Shown: positions 19,505 through 32,715 of the stretch, in pieces
Layout of the letters: every line of letters begins with the position of its first letter
How positions within the stretch are numbered: position 1 is the stretch's first letter
NCBI GenBank assembly: GCA_038141925.1
Contig: JAYQJB010000002.1
Location: 291,568-355,567 of the forward strand
From: Gammaproteobacteria bacterium
Lineage (GTDB): Bacteria; Pseudomonadota; Gammaproteobacteria; Magnimaribacterales; AG-339-G14
Direction: 5' to 3'
Length of the DNA: 64,000 nucleotides
Made by a program: the position numbers and the translations under genes
Notes under the pieces: generated by a model
The model's input: the letters and a program-made list of their open reading frames with translations, nothing else
What the model was told of the DNA's origin: nothing
Databases searched by the model: none

Positions 19505-20320
19505 TTAAAGATTTAACAAAACATCTTGTTTTCTGTATTCTGCGCTTCCTTGAAGCATAACTTTTGAATCATCTAAATTTACTTTAGTGAATACCTGACC
19601 TTGATGAAAGTTTATTTTTAACTCTTGATCCAATTCTTTTTGAATTGCACATGCGACAGCTGCTGCACAAGCTCCACTTCCGCAAGCTTGAGTTTCTCCC
19701 ACACCTCTTTCAAAAACTCTTAAATTTATCTCCCGAGCGTTTTTCATTTGAATAAAGCCAACGTTTACACCATTTTTAAAATAATTACTTTCTTGCAAAA
19801 ATGTTCCAAACTTTTGCACATCCAAAGCCAACTCATCATTAAAAATTACGGCATGTGGATTTCCTATCGAAACTGCAAAACAAGGAACTTTTTTACCATC
19901 AAATTCAATCTCAAAAACCTGCTCATTTTTATTTAGACCAATTTCAGAAGGAGATAGTGAAAATATATTTTCCACAATGTAATCATTTTTTCTTTTCTCA
20001 ACAGTAACTAGATTAGCGCCGATGAGTAACTTCACAGTATCACTGATGGATATATTTCTATCTGATAGATATCTAGCAACACACCTCATGCCGTTGACAC
20101 AATTTTCAGCCTCACTGCCATCTTGATTGAAGATTTTTACAGAAAAGTCTGCAATTTCTTTTTCTGGAGGTTCTACTACCAGGACTTGATCAAACTCAAG
20201 AAAATCTTCCTTATCAGCAAAATTTGGGATGCTGTTTTTAGAGAAAGAAAAATCTTGCGTAACTGAATCTACAATTATGAAATTGTTACCTAAAGCCTCC
20301 ATAAACTGGATATAGGGCAT
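19505..20320 (-). CDS. dapF: Diaminopimelate epimerase
   Basis: GNNFIIVD N-terminus, NCVNGMRC, and the second catalytic Cys in ETQACGSGACAAA. Confidence 0.85.
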   Translation of the reverse strand: MPYIQFMEALGNNFIIVDSVTQDFSFSKNSIPNFADKEDFLEFDQVLVVEPPEKEIADFSVKIFNQDGSEAENCVNGMRCVARYLSDRNISISDTVKLLIGANLVTVEKRKNDYIVENIFSLSPSEIGLNKNEQVFEIEFDGKKVPCFAVSIGNPHAVIFNDELALDVQKFGTFLQESNYFKNGVNVGFIQMKNAREINLRVFERGVGETQACGSGACAAAVACAIQKELDQELKINFHQGQVFTKVNLDDSKVMLQGSAEYRKQDVLLNL

Positions 20321-21552
20321 TAAAGTTCCTCTTCTTTGATTAGATCATCAAAGGTTTCTGCTTTTCTGATAACTTTATGGCTTTTTTGATCAATTAAGAT
20401 TTCAGCAGGCTTAAGTCGGGTATTGTAATTAGAGCCCATACTTGAACCATAGGCTCCTGCTGAATATACAACTAAATAATCTCCAGCATTTGCACTGACC
20501 TCGAAATCCGAACCAAAACTATCGGCAGTCTCACAGACGGGCCCAACTACAGAATAAAGATCCTTCTTTTCAGAAGACTCCACTAAATTCTCTATTTTGT
20601 GTCTTGCGCTATACAACGATGGCCTCATCAAATCGTTCATGCCGGCATCAACGATAAGAAACTTTTGACTGCCATTTTCTTTGATACCCAACACTTTGGT
20701 TATCAAGACACCTGCTTGCGCAACAATGGAACGTCCTGGCTCTAAAGTTAAGTTATATTTTGAAGAAAACTTTTTTAGTTTTTTTATCAGTTCGTCAGGT
20801 GAAAAGTTTTTTTCCAATTCATAGTCGATTGCTAAACCACCACCGACATCTATGTGATCTATTTCAAATCCCAACGAAACCAATTGGTCTGCTAAATTTT
20901 CAAGTTTTTCGTAAGCCTCAACCAGTAAATCTGTATTAGTTATTTGCGATCCAATATGGGCTGAAACACCAACTAAGTTTATTTTTTCGGTTCCATAGTT
21001 CTTTGCCAAAGTAAGTGCCTCTTCTTCGGAAATACCAAATTTGCAATCGGCCTTGCCAGTTTCAATATAAGGATGAGATTCTGCAGCAATATCCGGATTT
21101 ATTCTAAATGAGATTCTTGGCGTCTTATTAAGTTGTTCAAGCAGTTCCAATTCATATTCAGATTCTACGTTGATGGAAAATATTTCATGATCACAAGCAA
21201 GTCTCAATTCCTCTTTGCTTTTACCAACCCCAGAAAAAACAATCTTTTTTGGATCTGCACCGATTTTTAAAACTCTTTTTAATTCTCCACCAGATACTAC
21301 GTCAAAGCCCAAGCCTTCATCTTTAATCAAAGACAAAATACTTAGATTACTGTTAGCTTTTACGGCATAGCAGGCCAGGTCCGAGGAAGATAAGCCAGCT
21401 CTATAAGATCGACAATTTTCTCTAATTGTTTCTGCAGAATAAACATAAAAAGGTGTTTCTAAGCTAACACTTAGCTCAAGCAAGTTAGTGTCTTCCGAAT
21501 GTAAGACACCTTCGTTGAAGTTAAAATGTTTTAAGTTCATTGATTTCTTCAT
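20320..21552 (-). CDS. lysA: Diaminopimelate decarboxylase
   Basis: PLP-dependent group IV decarboxylase similarity (YAVKANSN, DVGGGL, EPGRSIV, CETAD); the start may be the internal ATG at 21540. Confidence 0.85.
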   Translation of the reverse strand: MKKSMNLKHFNFNEGVLHSEDTNLLELSVSLETPFYVYSAETIRENCRSYRAGLSSSDLACYAVKANSNLSILSLIKDEGLGFDVVSGGELKRVLKIGADPKKIVFSGVGKSKEELRLACDHEIFSINVESEYELELLEQLNKTPRISFRINPDIAAESHPYIETGKADCKFGISEEEALTLAKNYGTEKINLVGVSAHIGSQITNTDLLVEAYEKLENLADQLVSLGFEIDHIDVGGGLAIDYELEKNFSPDELIKKLKKFSSKYNLTLEPGRSIVAQAGVLITKVLGIKENGSQKFLIVDAGMNDLMRPSLYSARHKIENLVESSEKKDLYSVVGPVCETADSFGSDFEVSANAGDYLVVYSAGAYGSSMGSNYNTRLKPAEILIDQKSHKVIRKAETFDDLIKEEEL

Positions 21553-21640
21553 CTTCAGGCAGATATAAAGGACCTTTTATGCCACACGAGCTTAGAAAGC
21601 CGAAACTGATTAGACACAACCCAAGTAAAAAAATTCTCAT
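21521..21640 (-). CDS. lptM: Small lipoprotein LptM/YifL (LppL-like), 39 aa
   Basis: [32 protein letters not shown]: lipobox plus the GxKGPLYLP signature; ATG overlaps the argH TGA (ATGA); conserved position upstream of lysA; absent from the ORF track (<60 aa). Confidence 0.65.
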   Translation of the reverse strand: MRIFLLGLCLISFGFLSSCGIKGPLYLPEDEEINELKTF

Positions 21641-23021
21641 TTCTTTAAATAGTCTTTTGCTCTTTTAATTTCTTTTTTTATTTGTTGCAAAGCAGTACCC
21701 CCAATTGAGGTTTTTGCTAGGATAGAGTCGCTAGGATCGATGTAATCAAAAACGTCTTGGGAAATCTTCTTTGAAATTTTCTTAAATTCATCAAGCGACA
21801 TTTCAAATAGTAAGAGATCATTGTCTTCAGCGTATTTCACTGCAGTTCCTGTTATTTCATGAGCCTCTCTAAATGGCACCCCTTTAATGACCAAATATTC
21901 GGCAAGATCTGTTGCAGTTAAGAAATCATCATAGACATCAGCAAGCATTTGATCATTATTAAAAGATACGCCTTTGATCATCTCGATCATGATGCTTAAT
22001 GCTTCTGTGGCATATTCTATCGAATTGATTAAAGGTGCTTTATCCTCTTGATTGTCTCTGTTGTAAGCCAGAGGCTGATTTTTCATCAAGCTTAACAAAG
22101 TCATTAAATTACCAACTGTTTTAGCAGAACCTCCTCTGACTAACTCAGCCATATCTGGATTTTTCTTCTGCGGCATAATCGAAGAACCCGTACATAATTC
22201 TTCAGGTAATTGAGCATAATTAAATTGCGAAGAAGACCAAATGATCAATTCTTCACATATTCTTGAAAAATGAATAGCCATGACACTTATATTGAAAGCA
22301 ACTTCCAAAGCAAAATCTCTATCGGATACAGCATCAATGGAATTTCTGGTAACCGAATCGAATCCCAAAGACTTAGCTAGTTTTTGTCTATCTAATTTAA
22401 ATCTATTACCAGATAGAGCGCCGGAACCCAAAGGACTGACCTTGAGTTCCTTTTTAGTTGCTGAAATTCTTTCCAAATCTCTTTTCATCATTTCGTACCA
22501 AGACAAGAGATAGTGCGCCAAACTTACCGGCTGAGCATTTTGCAGATGAGTAAAACCCGGCATAAGAGTTTCTAACTCTCCCTCTGCTCTTACAACTAAG
22601 TTTTTCATTAAACTTTTTAATAAAGATTCAATTTCATTACTTCTTTCCAAGAGAAACAATTTAAAATCAGTTACGACTTGATCGTTCCTGGATCTTCCGG
22701 TGTGAAGTTTTTTTGCAGTCACTCCAATTTCTTTTTCAAGAGCGGCTTCGATATTCATGTGAACATCTTCCAAAGCTGGATTCCAATTGAAATTGCCAGC
22801 TTCGATTTTCTTTTTAATTTTTTTAAGACCAGTCTTAATTTTATTGTATTCATTTTTGGACAGCACTTTGGCTTCCATCAGCGCTTCCGCATAAGCAATC
22901 GAACCTTGAATGTCTTGACTATAGAGGACTTGATCTACATCAACAGAGGACGAAAAATTCTGAGCAATTTGGGAAGGTTTTTTGGAAAATCTTCCTCCCC
23001 ACGAGGGATTTTTTTTTGACA

Positions 23022-23025
<4 letters not shown>
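21637..23025 (-). CDS. argH: Argininosuccinate lyase
   Basis: Fumarate-lyase signature [12 protein letters not shown]; full-length 462 aa. Confidence 0.9.
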
Positions 23026-25554
<2,529 letters not shown>

Positions 25555-25574
25555 GACATTAATAAAGTCCGCAA

Positions 25575-25606
25575 TTCTACTATGAACTAACCATGAAATA
25601 GTAGAA
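25575..25606. promoter_or_regulatory. 9-bp perfect inverted repeat (TTCTACTAT / ATAGTAGAA, 14-nt spacer) in the 69-bp metK-tkt divergent region
   Basis: Arms 25575-25583 and 25598-25606 are exact reverse complements; lies in the predicted metK 5' leader / shared promoter region. Confidence 0.3.
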
Positions 25607-25623
25607 AATAGCATTCTAATTTC

Positions 25624-27599
25624 ATGACTGATCAACAAAACCTAGCCAACGCTATAAGAGCTCTATCTATGGACGCAGTGCAAAGAGCAGGATGCGGTCA
25701 TCCTGGCATGCCTATGGGAATGGCAGACATCGCGCAAGTTTTGTGGAGCAAACATCTTAAATATAATCCCTCAAATCCTGATTGGTTTGATAGAGATAGG
25801 TTTGTTTTATCCAATGGACATGGTTCCATGCTTCTTTATTCTCTCCTTCATTTAACAGGTTATGACCTTTCAATAGATGAATTGAAAAATTTCCGTCAAC
25901 TGGGTTCAAAAACACCTGGACATCCGGAATGTGACGTGACTCCAGGAGTAGAAACAACGACCGGTCCCCTTGGACAAGGCATAGCTAACGCAGTTGGTAT
26001 GGCAATGGCAGAAAAAATTCTTGCAAAGAGATTCAACAAAAAAGATTGTCCAATAATTGACCATTACACTTATGTTTTTTGCGGTGATGGTTGTTTGATG
26101 GAAGGTATTTCTCACGAGGTTTGTTCTTTAGCTGGTACTCATAAACTAAATAAATTAATTGTTTTATACGATGACAATAAAATCAGCATTGATGGCAAAG
26201 TTGAAGGTTGGTTTACAGACAATACGCCCGAAAGATTCAAAAGTTATGGTTGGAACTTTATAGCAGAAGTCGATGGACATGATTTTCAAAGTATCGATAA
26301 AGCCTTGGAAGATGCAAAATCATCTAATCTTCCGACGCTAATTTGTTGTAAAACAGAAATTGGGAAAGGGTCTCCTAATAAATCAGGTTCAGCAGATGCT
26401 CATGGCGCAGCTCTTGGCGAAGAAGAAATTAAACTCACTAGAGAAAACATTCAATGGCAGCATGAGCCTTTTGAATATTCCAGAAGAAATTTATGAGGCT
26501 TGGGACCACAAAAAACTAGGGCAAGAAAGTGAAGAAAAATGGCAAGAGATTCTTTCTGAACTTTGAAAAAAATTATCCTGAAGATTCCAAAGAGCTGCAT
26601 AGATTAATCACCGGAAGCTTGCCTAGTAATTTTGAATCTACCATCGAAAATTTAATAAATAATTTTTCTAAAGATGAAAATTCTTATGCCAGTAGAAAGT
26701 GTTCTGGTATGTGTTTGGATGCTATTGGTCCAATCATGCCAGAGCTGATAGGCGGATCAGCAGATCTTTCTCCTTCAAACAATACCGAATGGAAGGGAAC
26801 CTCTCATCTTGCCGAAGACGGTTCAGGTAATTACTTAAATTATGGCGTTCGAGAATTTGGTATGTCGGCAATCATGAATGGCATGATCCTACATGGGGGT
26901 ATTAGACCTTATGCAGGAACTTTTCTTACTTTTCTAGATTATGCTAGAAATGCCGTGAGGATGTCTGCCTTGATGAAATTGCCCGTGATTTATGTTTATA
27001 CGCATGACTCCATTGGAGTCGGTGAAGATGGTCCAACTCATCAACCGGTGGAACATATTTCAATGCTAAGAATAACGCCTGGTATTTACACTTGGCGACC
27101 TTGTGATGGGGTTGAAACTGCTTGTGCGTGGAAATTTGCGCTGGAATCAAAAGCTGCACCATCAGCTTTGATATTGTCCAGACAATCATTGGATGCTCAG
27201 AAGAGAGAAACGAACGACTCAATTTTTCTAGGCGGATACGAACTTGCTTCAGACCAAAATCCCAAAATAACATTGGTTGCTTCGGGTTCAGAAGTGGGTT
27301 TAGCCATGAAAGTTCGAGATCAGCTTAATGAGCAAAAAATTTCATCAAGAGTTGTTTCAATGCCATGTACCGAAATATTTGATGAACAATCACCAGAATA
27401 TCAAAGAGAAACTTTAGGCGACTTGCCAAAAATTTTCATAGAAGCAGGGCAAAGTGATTTTTGGAAGAAATATTGTGAAGGAAATGATCAAGTAGTCGGT
27501 ATCGACAAATTTGGCGAATCCGCTCCAATAGATGATTTGATGAACCACTTTGGTTTTACAGTTGAAAATATAATCGAGCAAATTAATAAAACAATTTAA
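25624..27599 (+). CDS. tkt: Transketolase; two frameshifts
   Basis: Fragments 25624-26496, 26360-26566 ([10 protein letters not shown]) and 26529-27599 are consecutive parts of Tkt ([27 protein letters not shown]). Shifts lie at the T4 run 26469-26472 and near 26549-26572. Confidence 0.9.
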
Positions 27600-28759
27600 G
27601 TGGATTTAACAAATTCAAAACTATCCTCTTTTGATTTCGAGGGAAAAAGAGTTCTTCTGAGAGTAGATTTCAATATTCCAATCAGAGACGAAGAAGTTCT
27701 TAACGATGAAAGAATGGTCAGAGCCTTACCGACCATCAAACACTTATTGGAAAAAGCAAAATCTCTCAGGATCATAACGCATCGTGGAAGACCTTTAGAA
27801 TCGGGAGAAGTTCAGCCTGAATTTTCGATTAAACCAATAGCAAAAAGACTCTCTCAATTATTAGACATTCCTGTTCCAATAGCTGATTCTTTAGCTGGTT
27901 TAGAGCAAGCCAAAAAAATTATCATGTTGGAAAACATAAGATTTTTTCAAGGAGAAAAAGAAAATTCTGGAGATCTTTCAAAAACACTAGGCAATTATGG
28001 AGATGTTTACATCATGGATGCTTTCGGTACTGCACATCGTAAGCAAGCATCTACCTTTGGCGTAATTGACTCAGTAGCCGAAGCAGGCGTTGGCTTTTTG
28101 GTTGAAGATGAGCTGGAGGCTTTGAAAAAAATTTTGGTGAATCCAAAAAAACCTCTAATTGGGATTATCGGTGGCTCAAAGATCTCAACCAAAATTAATG
28201 TCATTGATTCGCTTACATCATATGTGGATAAATTAATTATAGGCGGTGCTTTGGCAAATACTTGCTATATGGCAATGGGAAAAAACATTGGACAGTCTTT
28301 ATTTGAAGAAGATTATTTAGATGTAGCAGAAAAATTAGTTGGTAATGAGAAGATTGTATTACCAGAAAATGTCGTTGTTTTAGATACATCTAACGATTCC
28401 GTTCTTGAAAAGCATATTGATGATATAGCCAGTCATGAAGCTATCTGCGATGTAGGTAAAAAATCTTTGGAGTATTTTCAAAAACATATCAATTCCGCTA
28501 AAACTATTTTTTGGAATGGTCCTTTGGGTAAATTTGAAGATCCAAGATTTTCTGAAGGGACTTCCGAGGTAGCAAAAATTATGTCTGAATCTAAAGCCTA
28601 TAGCATTATTGGCGGGGGGAGACCATCACCTCTTTTGCGAATATTAATTTAATGGATTCTGTAGATTATGCTTCCACTGCGGGAGGAGCTTTCTTAGAAT
28701 ATATAGAAAATAATTCCTTACCTTGCATAGATAAGATAATAACTAAAAATAAAGGATAG
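27600..28759 (+). CDS. pgk: Phosphoglycerate kinase; frameshifted
   Basis: GTG start; RVDFNIP and FGTAHR motifs. After the G6 run 28614-28619 the shifted frame reads GGETITSFANINL...ASTAGGAFLEYIE (Pgk C-terminus) to TAG at 28757-28759. Confidence 0.9.
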
Positions 28760-28763
28760 AAAT

Positions 28764-29771
28764 ATGAAATCACTGGAAGAAATTGCAACTTATATTGTTT
28801 CTGATGGAAAGGGCATATTAGCTGCTGATGAGAGTACCCCAACAATAGGAAAAAGATTTGCCACAATAAATACTGAGTCCACAGAAGACTCCAGAAGGGA
28901 TTATCGTGAGATGCTTTTTCGAGCTGATGGAATGAAAAATAATATTGGCGGAGTTATTTTATTTGATGAGACTTTGAGACAAGACGCAAAAGACGGCACT
29001 CCTTTAAAAGATATAATTTCCGAACAAGGTGCATTGCCAGGTATTAAGGTAGACAAGGGAATCAGCCCGCTTGATTCTTCTCCTGAAGAAAATATCACTG
29101 GAGGCTTAGATGGGCTTAATGAGAGATGCGCAGAATATTTTGTTCTTGGTGCTAAATTTACCAAGTGGCGTGCAGTTATAAAAATTGCTGACGGTCTACC
29201 TTCCCAAGCAGCTATCAAAGCAAACATGGATGCTCTTGCTGACTACGCAAAAATAGTTCAGGAAAATAACATGGTTCCAATTGTCGAGCCTGAAGTTTTG
29301 ATGGATGGCAGTCATTCCATAGAATCTTGCGAAGACGCAACAAAAAGATGTTTGAGTACTCTATTTGAATCTTTGGCAGAGAAAGGCGTTTTGGTGGAAG
29401 GAACCATTTTAAAACCCAATATGGTGGTCTCAGGAAATGAATGTTCTGAGCAAGCTGGAATCCAACAAGTTGCAGAAATGACACTCAATTCTTTATTGGA
29501 AAATGTTCCTAGTAATCTGCCAGGAATTACATTTCTTTCTGGAGGGCAATCCGATATTGACGCCACTGCTCATTTAGATGCCATGAATAAAATTGGTGGT
29601 AATCCATGGAAGCTCAGTTTTTCTTATGGCCGTGCTTTGCAACAGGCTGCACTCAAAACTTGGAGTGGTAAGCAAGAAAATGAGCAAGCCGCGCAAGAGG
29701 CCTTCAGCCACAGAGCTAAAATGAATATGTTGGCAGCAAAAGGAGAGTGGTCAGAAAACTCAGAAGGATAG
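28764..29771 (+). CDS. fba: Fructose-bisphosphate aldolase, class I (Schiff-base type)
   Basis: GILAADESTPTIGKRF N-terminus, LKPNMV (Schiff-base Lys region) and FLSGGQS are hallmarks of class I aldolase. Confidence 0.85.
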   Translation: MKSLEEIATYIVSDGKGILAADESTPTIGKRFATINTESTEDSRRDYREMLFRADGMKNNIGGVILFDETLRQDAKDGTPLKDIISEQGALPGIKVDKGISPLDSSPEENITGGLDGLNERCAEYFVLGAKFTKWRAVIKIADGLPSQAAIKANMDALADYAKIVQENNMVPIVEPEVLMDGSHSIESCEDATKRCLSTLFESLAEKGVLVEGTILKPNMVVSGNECSEQAGIQQVAEMTLNSLLENVPSNLPGITFLSGGQSDIDATAHLDAMNKIGGNPWKLSFSYGRALQQAALKTWSGKQENEQAAQEAFSHRAKMNMLAAKGEWSENSEG

Positions 29772-29775
29772 TCTT

Positions 29776-30486
29776 TTATTTTTTTATAAAAAATCTACTA
29801 GCTAAAAGTCCCACTTCATAAAGCAGCCAGACAGGAAGAGCCAACAGCGTTTGTGAAAAAATATCGGGAGGTGTTAGAAACATTCCCACAACAAAACATC
29901 CTATGATCACATAAGGTCTGGCACTAGAGAGTTGTTGAGCATTTGTGACTCCTGACCAAATCATCAGCATCAAAACAATTGGTACCTCAAAAGCAAAGCC
30001 AAAGACAAAAAGAATTCTGACAACAAAATCAATGTATTCATTGATGTCTGTCATTACCAAAACTTCCGAAGGAGAGGCTTGAACAAAAAAAGTAAAAATC
30101 AGCGGAAAAATTACAAAAAAAGCAAAACAAATTCCCGCAAGGAACAAAGCTATGCTGGAAAACAAAACCGCAAAAAAACCTATTTTTTCTTCTTTGTATA
30201 AACCTGGCGCAATGAAGTTCCATAATTCAAAAAGTAAATATGGAATTGCTACAAATGTTGCGACATAAAAAGTAAGCCTCAATGGAGTCAAAAAGGGTGA
30301 CACCACACCCGTTGCAATCATTGAAGAATTGGCAGGTAAGATTTCTGTTAAGGGGTTGGCAAAAATAAGAAAAATTTCATTTCTGAAAAATACCAAAACA
30401 AAAAAAATAAGAGCAATAGCGCCAAGGCTTCTCAAAAGAACATTTCGCAGGGAGTTTAAATGTTCAAGATAACTTTTTTCAGTCAT
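29776..30486 (-). CDS. tatC: Twin-arginine translocase subunit TatC
   Basis: 236-aa polytopic membrane protein with HL.ELR-type N-terminus (HLNSLRNVLLRS); follows tatA-tatB. Confidence 0.85.
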   Translation of the reverse strand: MTEKSYLEHLNSLRNVLLRSLGAIALIFFVLVFFRNEIFLIFANPLTEILPANSSMIATGVVSPFLTPLRLTFYVATFVAIPYLLFELWNFIAPGLYKEEKIGFFAVLFSSIALFLAGICFAFFVIFPLIFTFFVQASPSEVLVMTDINEYIDFVVRILFVFGFAFEVPIVLMLMIWSGVTNAQQLSSARPYVIIGCFVVGMFLTPPDIFSQTLLALPVWLLYEVGLLASRFFIKK

Positions 30487-30685
30487 CTTTATTTTCTTTG
30501 TTGTTTTGGAAGTCTTCCGAATATATTTCTTGTTTTATCTCTTGTGAGATTGAAGAGCTCTTTGAGCGAATTAGCTTCACATACTCTTCTAATTTGGTGA
30601 GAAATCCCGGCAATCTTTTAGGGCCTAAAATAAGTAAAGCAATGATTCCTATCAATAAGATTTCAAAGAATCCTATGTCGAACAT
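30479..30685 (-). CDS. tatB: Twin-arginine translocase subunit TatB
   Basis: MFDIGFFEILLIGIIALLILGPKRLP N-terminus (TatA/B family), located between tatA and tatC. Confidence 0.7.
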   Translation of the reverse strand: MFDIGFFEILLIGIIALLILGPKRLPGFLTKLEEYVKLIRSKSSSISQEIKQEIYSEDFQNNKENKDD

Positions 30686-30862
30686 TTAATCTTCTTTTTT
30701 GTCGTCTAAACTTTTATCTTCTTCTTTGACTGCTTTTTTAAACCCTTTAACAAAAGAACCTAAATCTCCACCAAGATTTCTAATTCTTTTGGTGCCGAAG
30801 ATCAAAACAATAATTGCAAGAATGATTAGCAATTGCCAAATACTTATTCCACCAAAACCCAT
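30686..30862 (-). CDS. tatA: Twin-arginine translocase subunit TatA (58 aa)
   Basis: Translated by hand: [58 protein letters not shown]; not in the ORF track (<60 aa); overlaps the hisE 3' end by 19 nt. Confidence 0.8.
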   Translation of the reverse strand: MGFGGISIWQLLIILAIIVLIFGTKRIRNLGGDLGSFVKGFKKAVKEEDKSLDDKKED

Positions 30863-31182
30863 TTACTCTTTCCTTCCTTTTTTTCTTCTATTCCAGAAAG
30901 ACCCTCTCTGCTTTCAAGTTCTTTTAAAACCTCAGTCGGGTCGATTCCATTATTCGTCAATAATACCATGACGTGAAACCATAAATCTGCTGCTTCATGA
31001 ATAACCTTATTTTTCTCCAGATCTTCAGTTATTTCGGCAACCAGCTCATCAGTCTCTTCAGTTATTTTTTCAATAATCTTCTCGTTTCCTTTGGCATACA
31101 AACTCGCTACATAAGATGAAGAAGGATCGGCATTTTTACGCTCCTTCAGTAAGGCACTTAATCTTTCTACGATGTTTGTCAT
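30844..31182 (-). CDS. hisE: Phosphoribosyl-ATP pyrophosphatase
   Basis: [21 protein letters not shown]...ETDELVAE...[13 protein letters not shown], typical HisE/MazG-like. Confidence 0.8.
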   Translation of the reverse strand: MTNIVERLSALLKERKNADPSSSYVASLYAKGNEKIIEKITEETDELVAEITEDLEKNKVIHEAADLWFHVMVLLTNNGIDPTEVLKELESREGLSGIEEKKEGKSKWVLVE

Positions 31183-32714
31183 TGACTAACTATTATGGCA
31201 ACTAAAAGCAATGCAGTAATACCTATGTATATAAATTTATTATTGTTTTTTGATTGCTTGATCTCTTTTTTTAAGTTTTTTATTTCCGAGTTGTATTCTT
31301 CTAATCTAGACAAGTTATCTAATATGATTTCAATTTTTTCAGGAAGTTCATAAGCTTTTTCTGCCAAGGCAAAAGAATCATTTTTAAATCTTTCAAACAT
31401 TGCCTTCGGACTATATTTTTTTGCAACCCAAGATTGAATAAATGGCTTGGCTGTCGTCCACAAATCCAGTTCTGGATAAATTTGTCTGCCTAGCCCCTCA
31501 ATGTTTATCAAGGTTTTGTTGAGCAATAGCAATGAAGTCGGCAGGGATAAATCAAATTTTCTAGTAGCGTCGAATAAATAGAGCAACATTTCTCCAAATT
31601 TAATTTCATCGAAGGGTTTTTCGAAAATTGGATCCAAAACCGTTCTGATCACAACTTCTAGTTCAACTTCTTTTGTATCTTCGCCAACCCAACCAGCATT
31701 TATCATGGTCTTGGCAACCCCAGAATAATTTTTGTTGAACATTTCCGAAAGCATCTTGCCGATGATGAGTTGTTCTTTCTCGGTTAAGGAACCGCAAATA
31801 GCATAATCAACAGCAACATAGGTAGGATTTTCAGGATTGGAATTGTTTACAAAAATATTTCCTGGATGCATATCGGCATGGAAAAAATTATCATCAAAAA
31901 GTTGTTTAAAGAAAATCTTTACACCTGTTTCGGCAAGGGCTTTTAAATTTATGTTTTCTTGTTTTAGTACCTCTATATCCGTTACAGGTATTCCAGAAAT
32001 TTTTTCCATGGTCATGACGTTCTTTGAAGAGAAATTTTCATAAACCTCTGGAATATACAAAAGAGAATTTTCTTTGAAGAAATTTTTTGTTTGGATGGCA
32101 TTCGCTGCTTCTTTTTTTAGATCGGTTTCAGCAGTAATAACCAATTCATATTCTCTTATCAAATCCATCAGCTTTAATCTTCGAGCATCGGAGAGGATTA
32201 ATTCAGCTAAACCGCCTAAAAATTTTATTGAGTTAACATCAGCAGAAATTCTCTTATCCAAACCGGGTCGAACAATTTTTACAACCACCGATTCTCCGTC
32301 CTTTAAAATTGCATCGTGCACCTGAGCAATAGAAGCCGCAGCGAGCGGTTCTTTGCTAAATGACTCGAAAATTTGATCTATAGGACTTTCTAAATCTTGC
32401 TCTATTATTTTGATAGCCTCTTTTGTTGAAAAAGGTTTCAAGTTGTTTTGAAATTTTTTTAAGACGCTTGCTTGTTTTTCTCCAACAAGATCGGGTCTGG
32501 TTGATAAAAGCTGACCAAATTTTATAAAGAGCGGACCCATCTCCTCTAGGGCATCGCTTAAACGATGCTCTATTTCTTTTTGCTTCCTGAAGAAGATTTT
32601 TGGGAAAAAAAATAAAAGAGATAAAAAAACTTTATTTGCTAAAGGGTCAAATAGTTCATCCAATCTGTATTTACAAAAAATATAAGAGATGCGAATCAGA
32701 CTGAAAATAGCCAT
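31179..32714 (-). CDS. ubiB: Ubiquinone biosynthesis atypical kinase UbiB
   Basis: ABC1/UbiB domain (GPLFIKFGQLLSTRPDL, AAASIAQVH, HADMHPGNIF) and C-terminal TM helix; probable start ATG 32714, 1 nt after the ubiE stop. Confidence 0.85.
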   Translation of the reverse strand: MAIFSLIRISYIFCKYRLDELFDPLANKVFLSLLFFFPKIFFRKQKEIEHRLSDALEEMGPLFIKFGQLLSTRPDLVGEKQASVLKKFQNNLKPFSTKEAIKIIEQDLESPIDQIFESFSKEPLAAASIAQVHDAILKDGESVVVKIVRPGLDKRISADVNSIKFLGGLAELILSDARRLKLMDLIREYELVITAETDLKKEAANAIQTKNFFKENSLLYIPEVYENFSSKNVMTMEKISGIPVTDIEVLKQENINLKALAETGVKIFFKQLFDDNFFHADMHPGNIFVNNSNPENPTYVAVDYAICGSLTEKEQLIIGKMLSEMFNKNYSGVAKTMINAGWVGEDTKEVELEVVIRTVLDPIFEKPFDEIKFGEMLLYLFDATRKFDLSLPTSLLLLNKTLINIEGLGRQIYPELDLWTTAKPFIQSWVAKKYSPKAMFERFKNDSFALAEKAYELPEKIEIILDNLSRLEEYNSEIKNLKKEIKQSKNNNKFIYIGITALLLVAIIVSQ

Positions 32715-32715
32715 T

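Noticed and set aside
25555-25638. 28-codon N-terminal extension of metK overlapping the tkt start
   Set aside because: The conserved MetK N-terminus ([19 protein letters not shown]) begins at ATG 25554. The extension is unconserved-looking and would overlap the divergent tkt gene.
30844-30862. The hisE-tatA 19-nt overlap as a sign of another frameshift
   Set aside because: Both proteins look complete: HisE has its full helical core plus a charged tail, and TatA starts with the canonical MGFGGIS. Short overlaps are common throughout this window.
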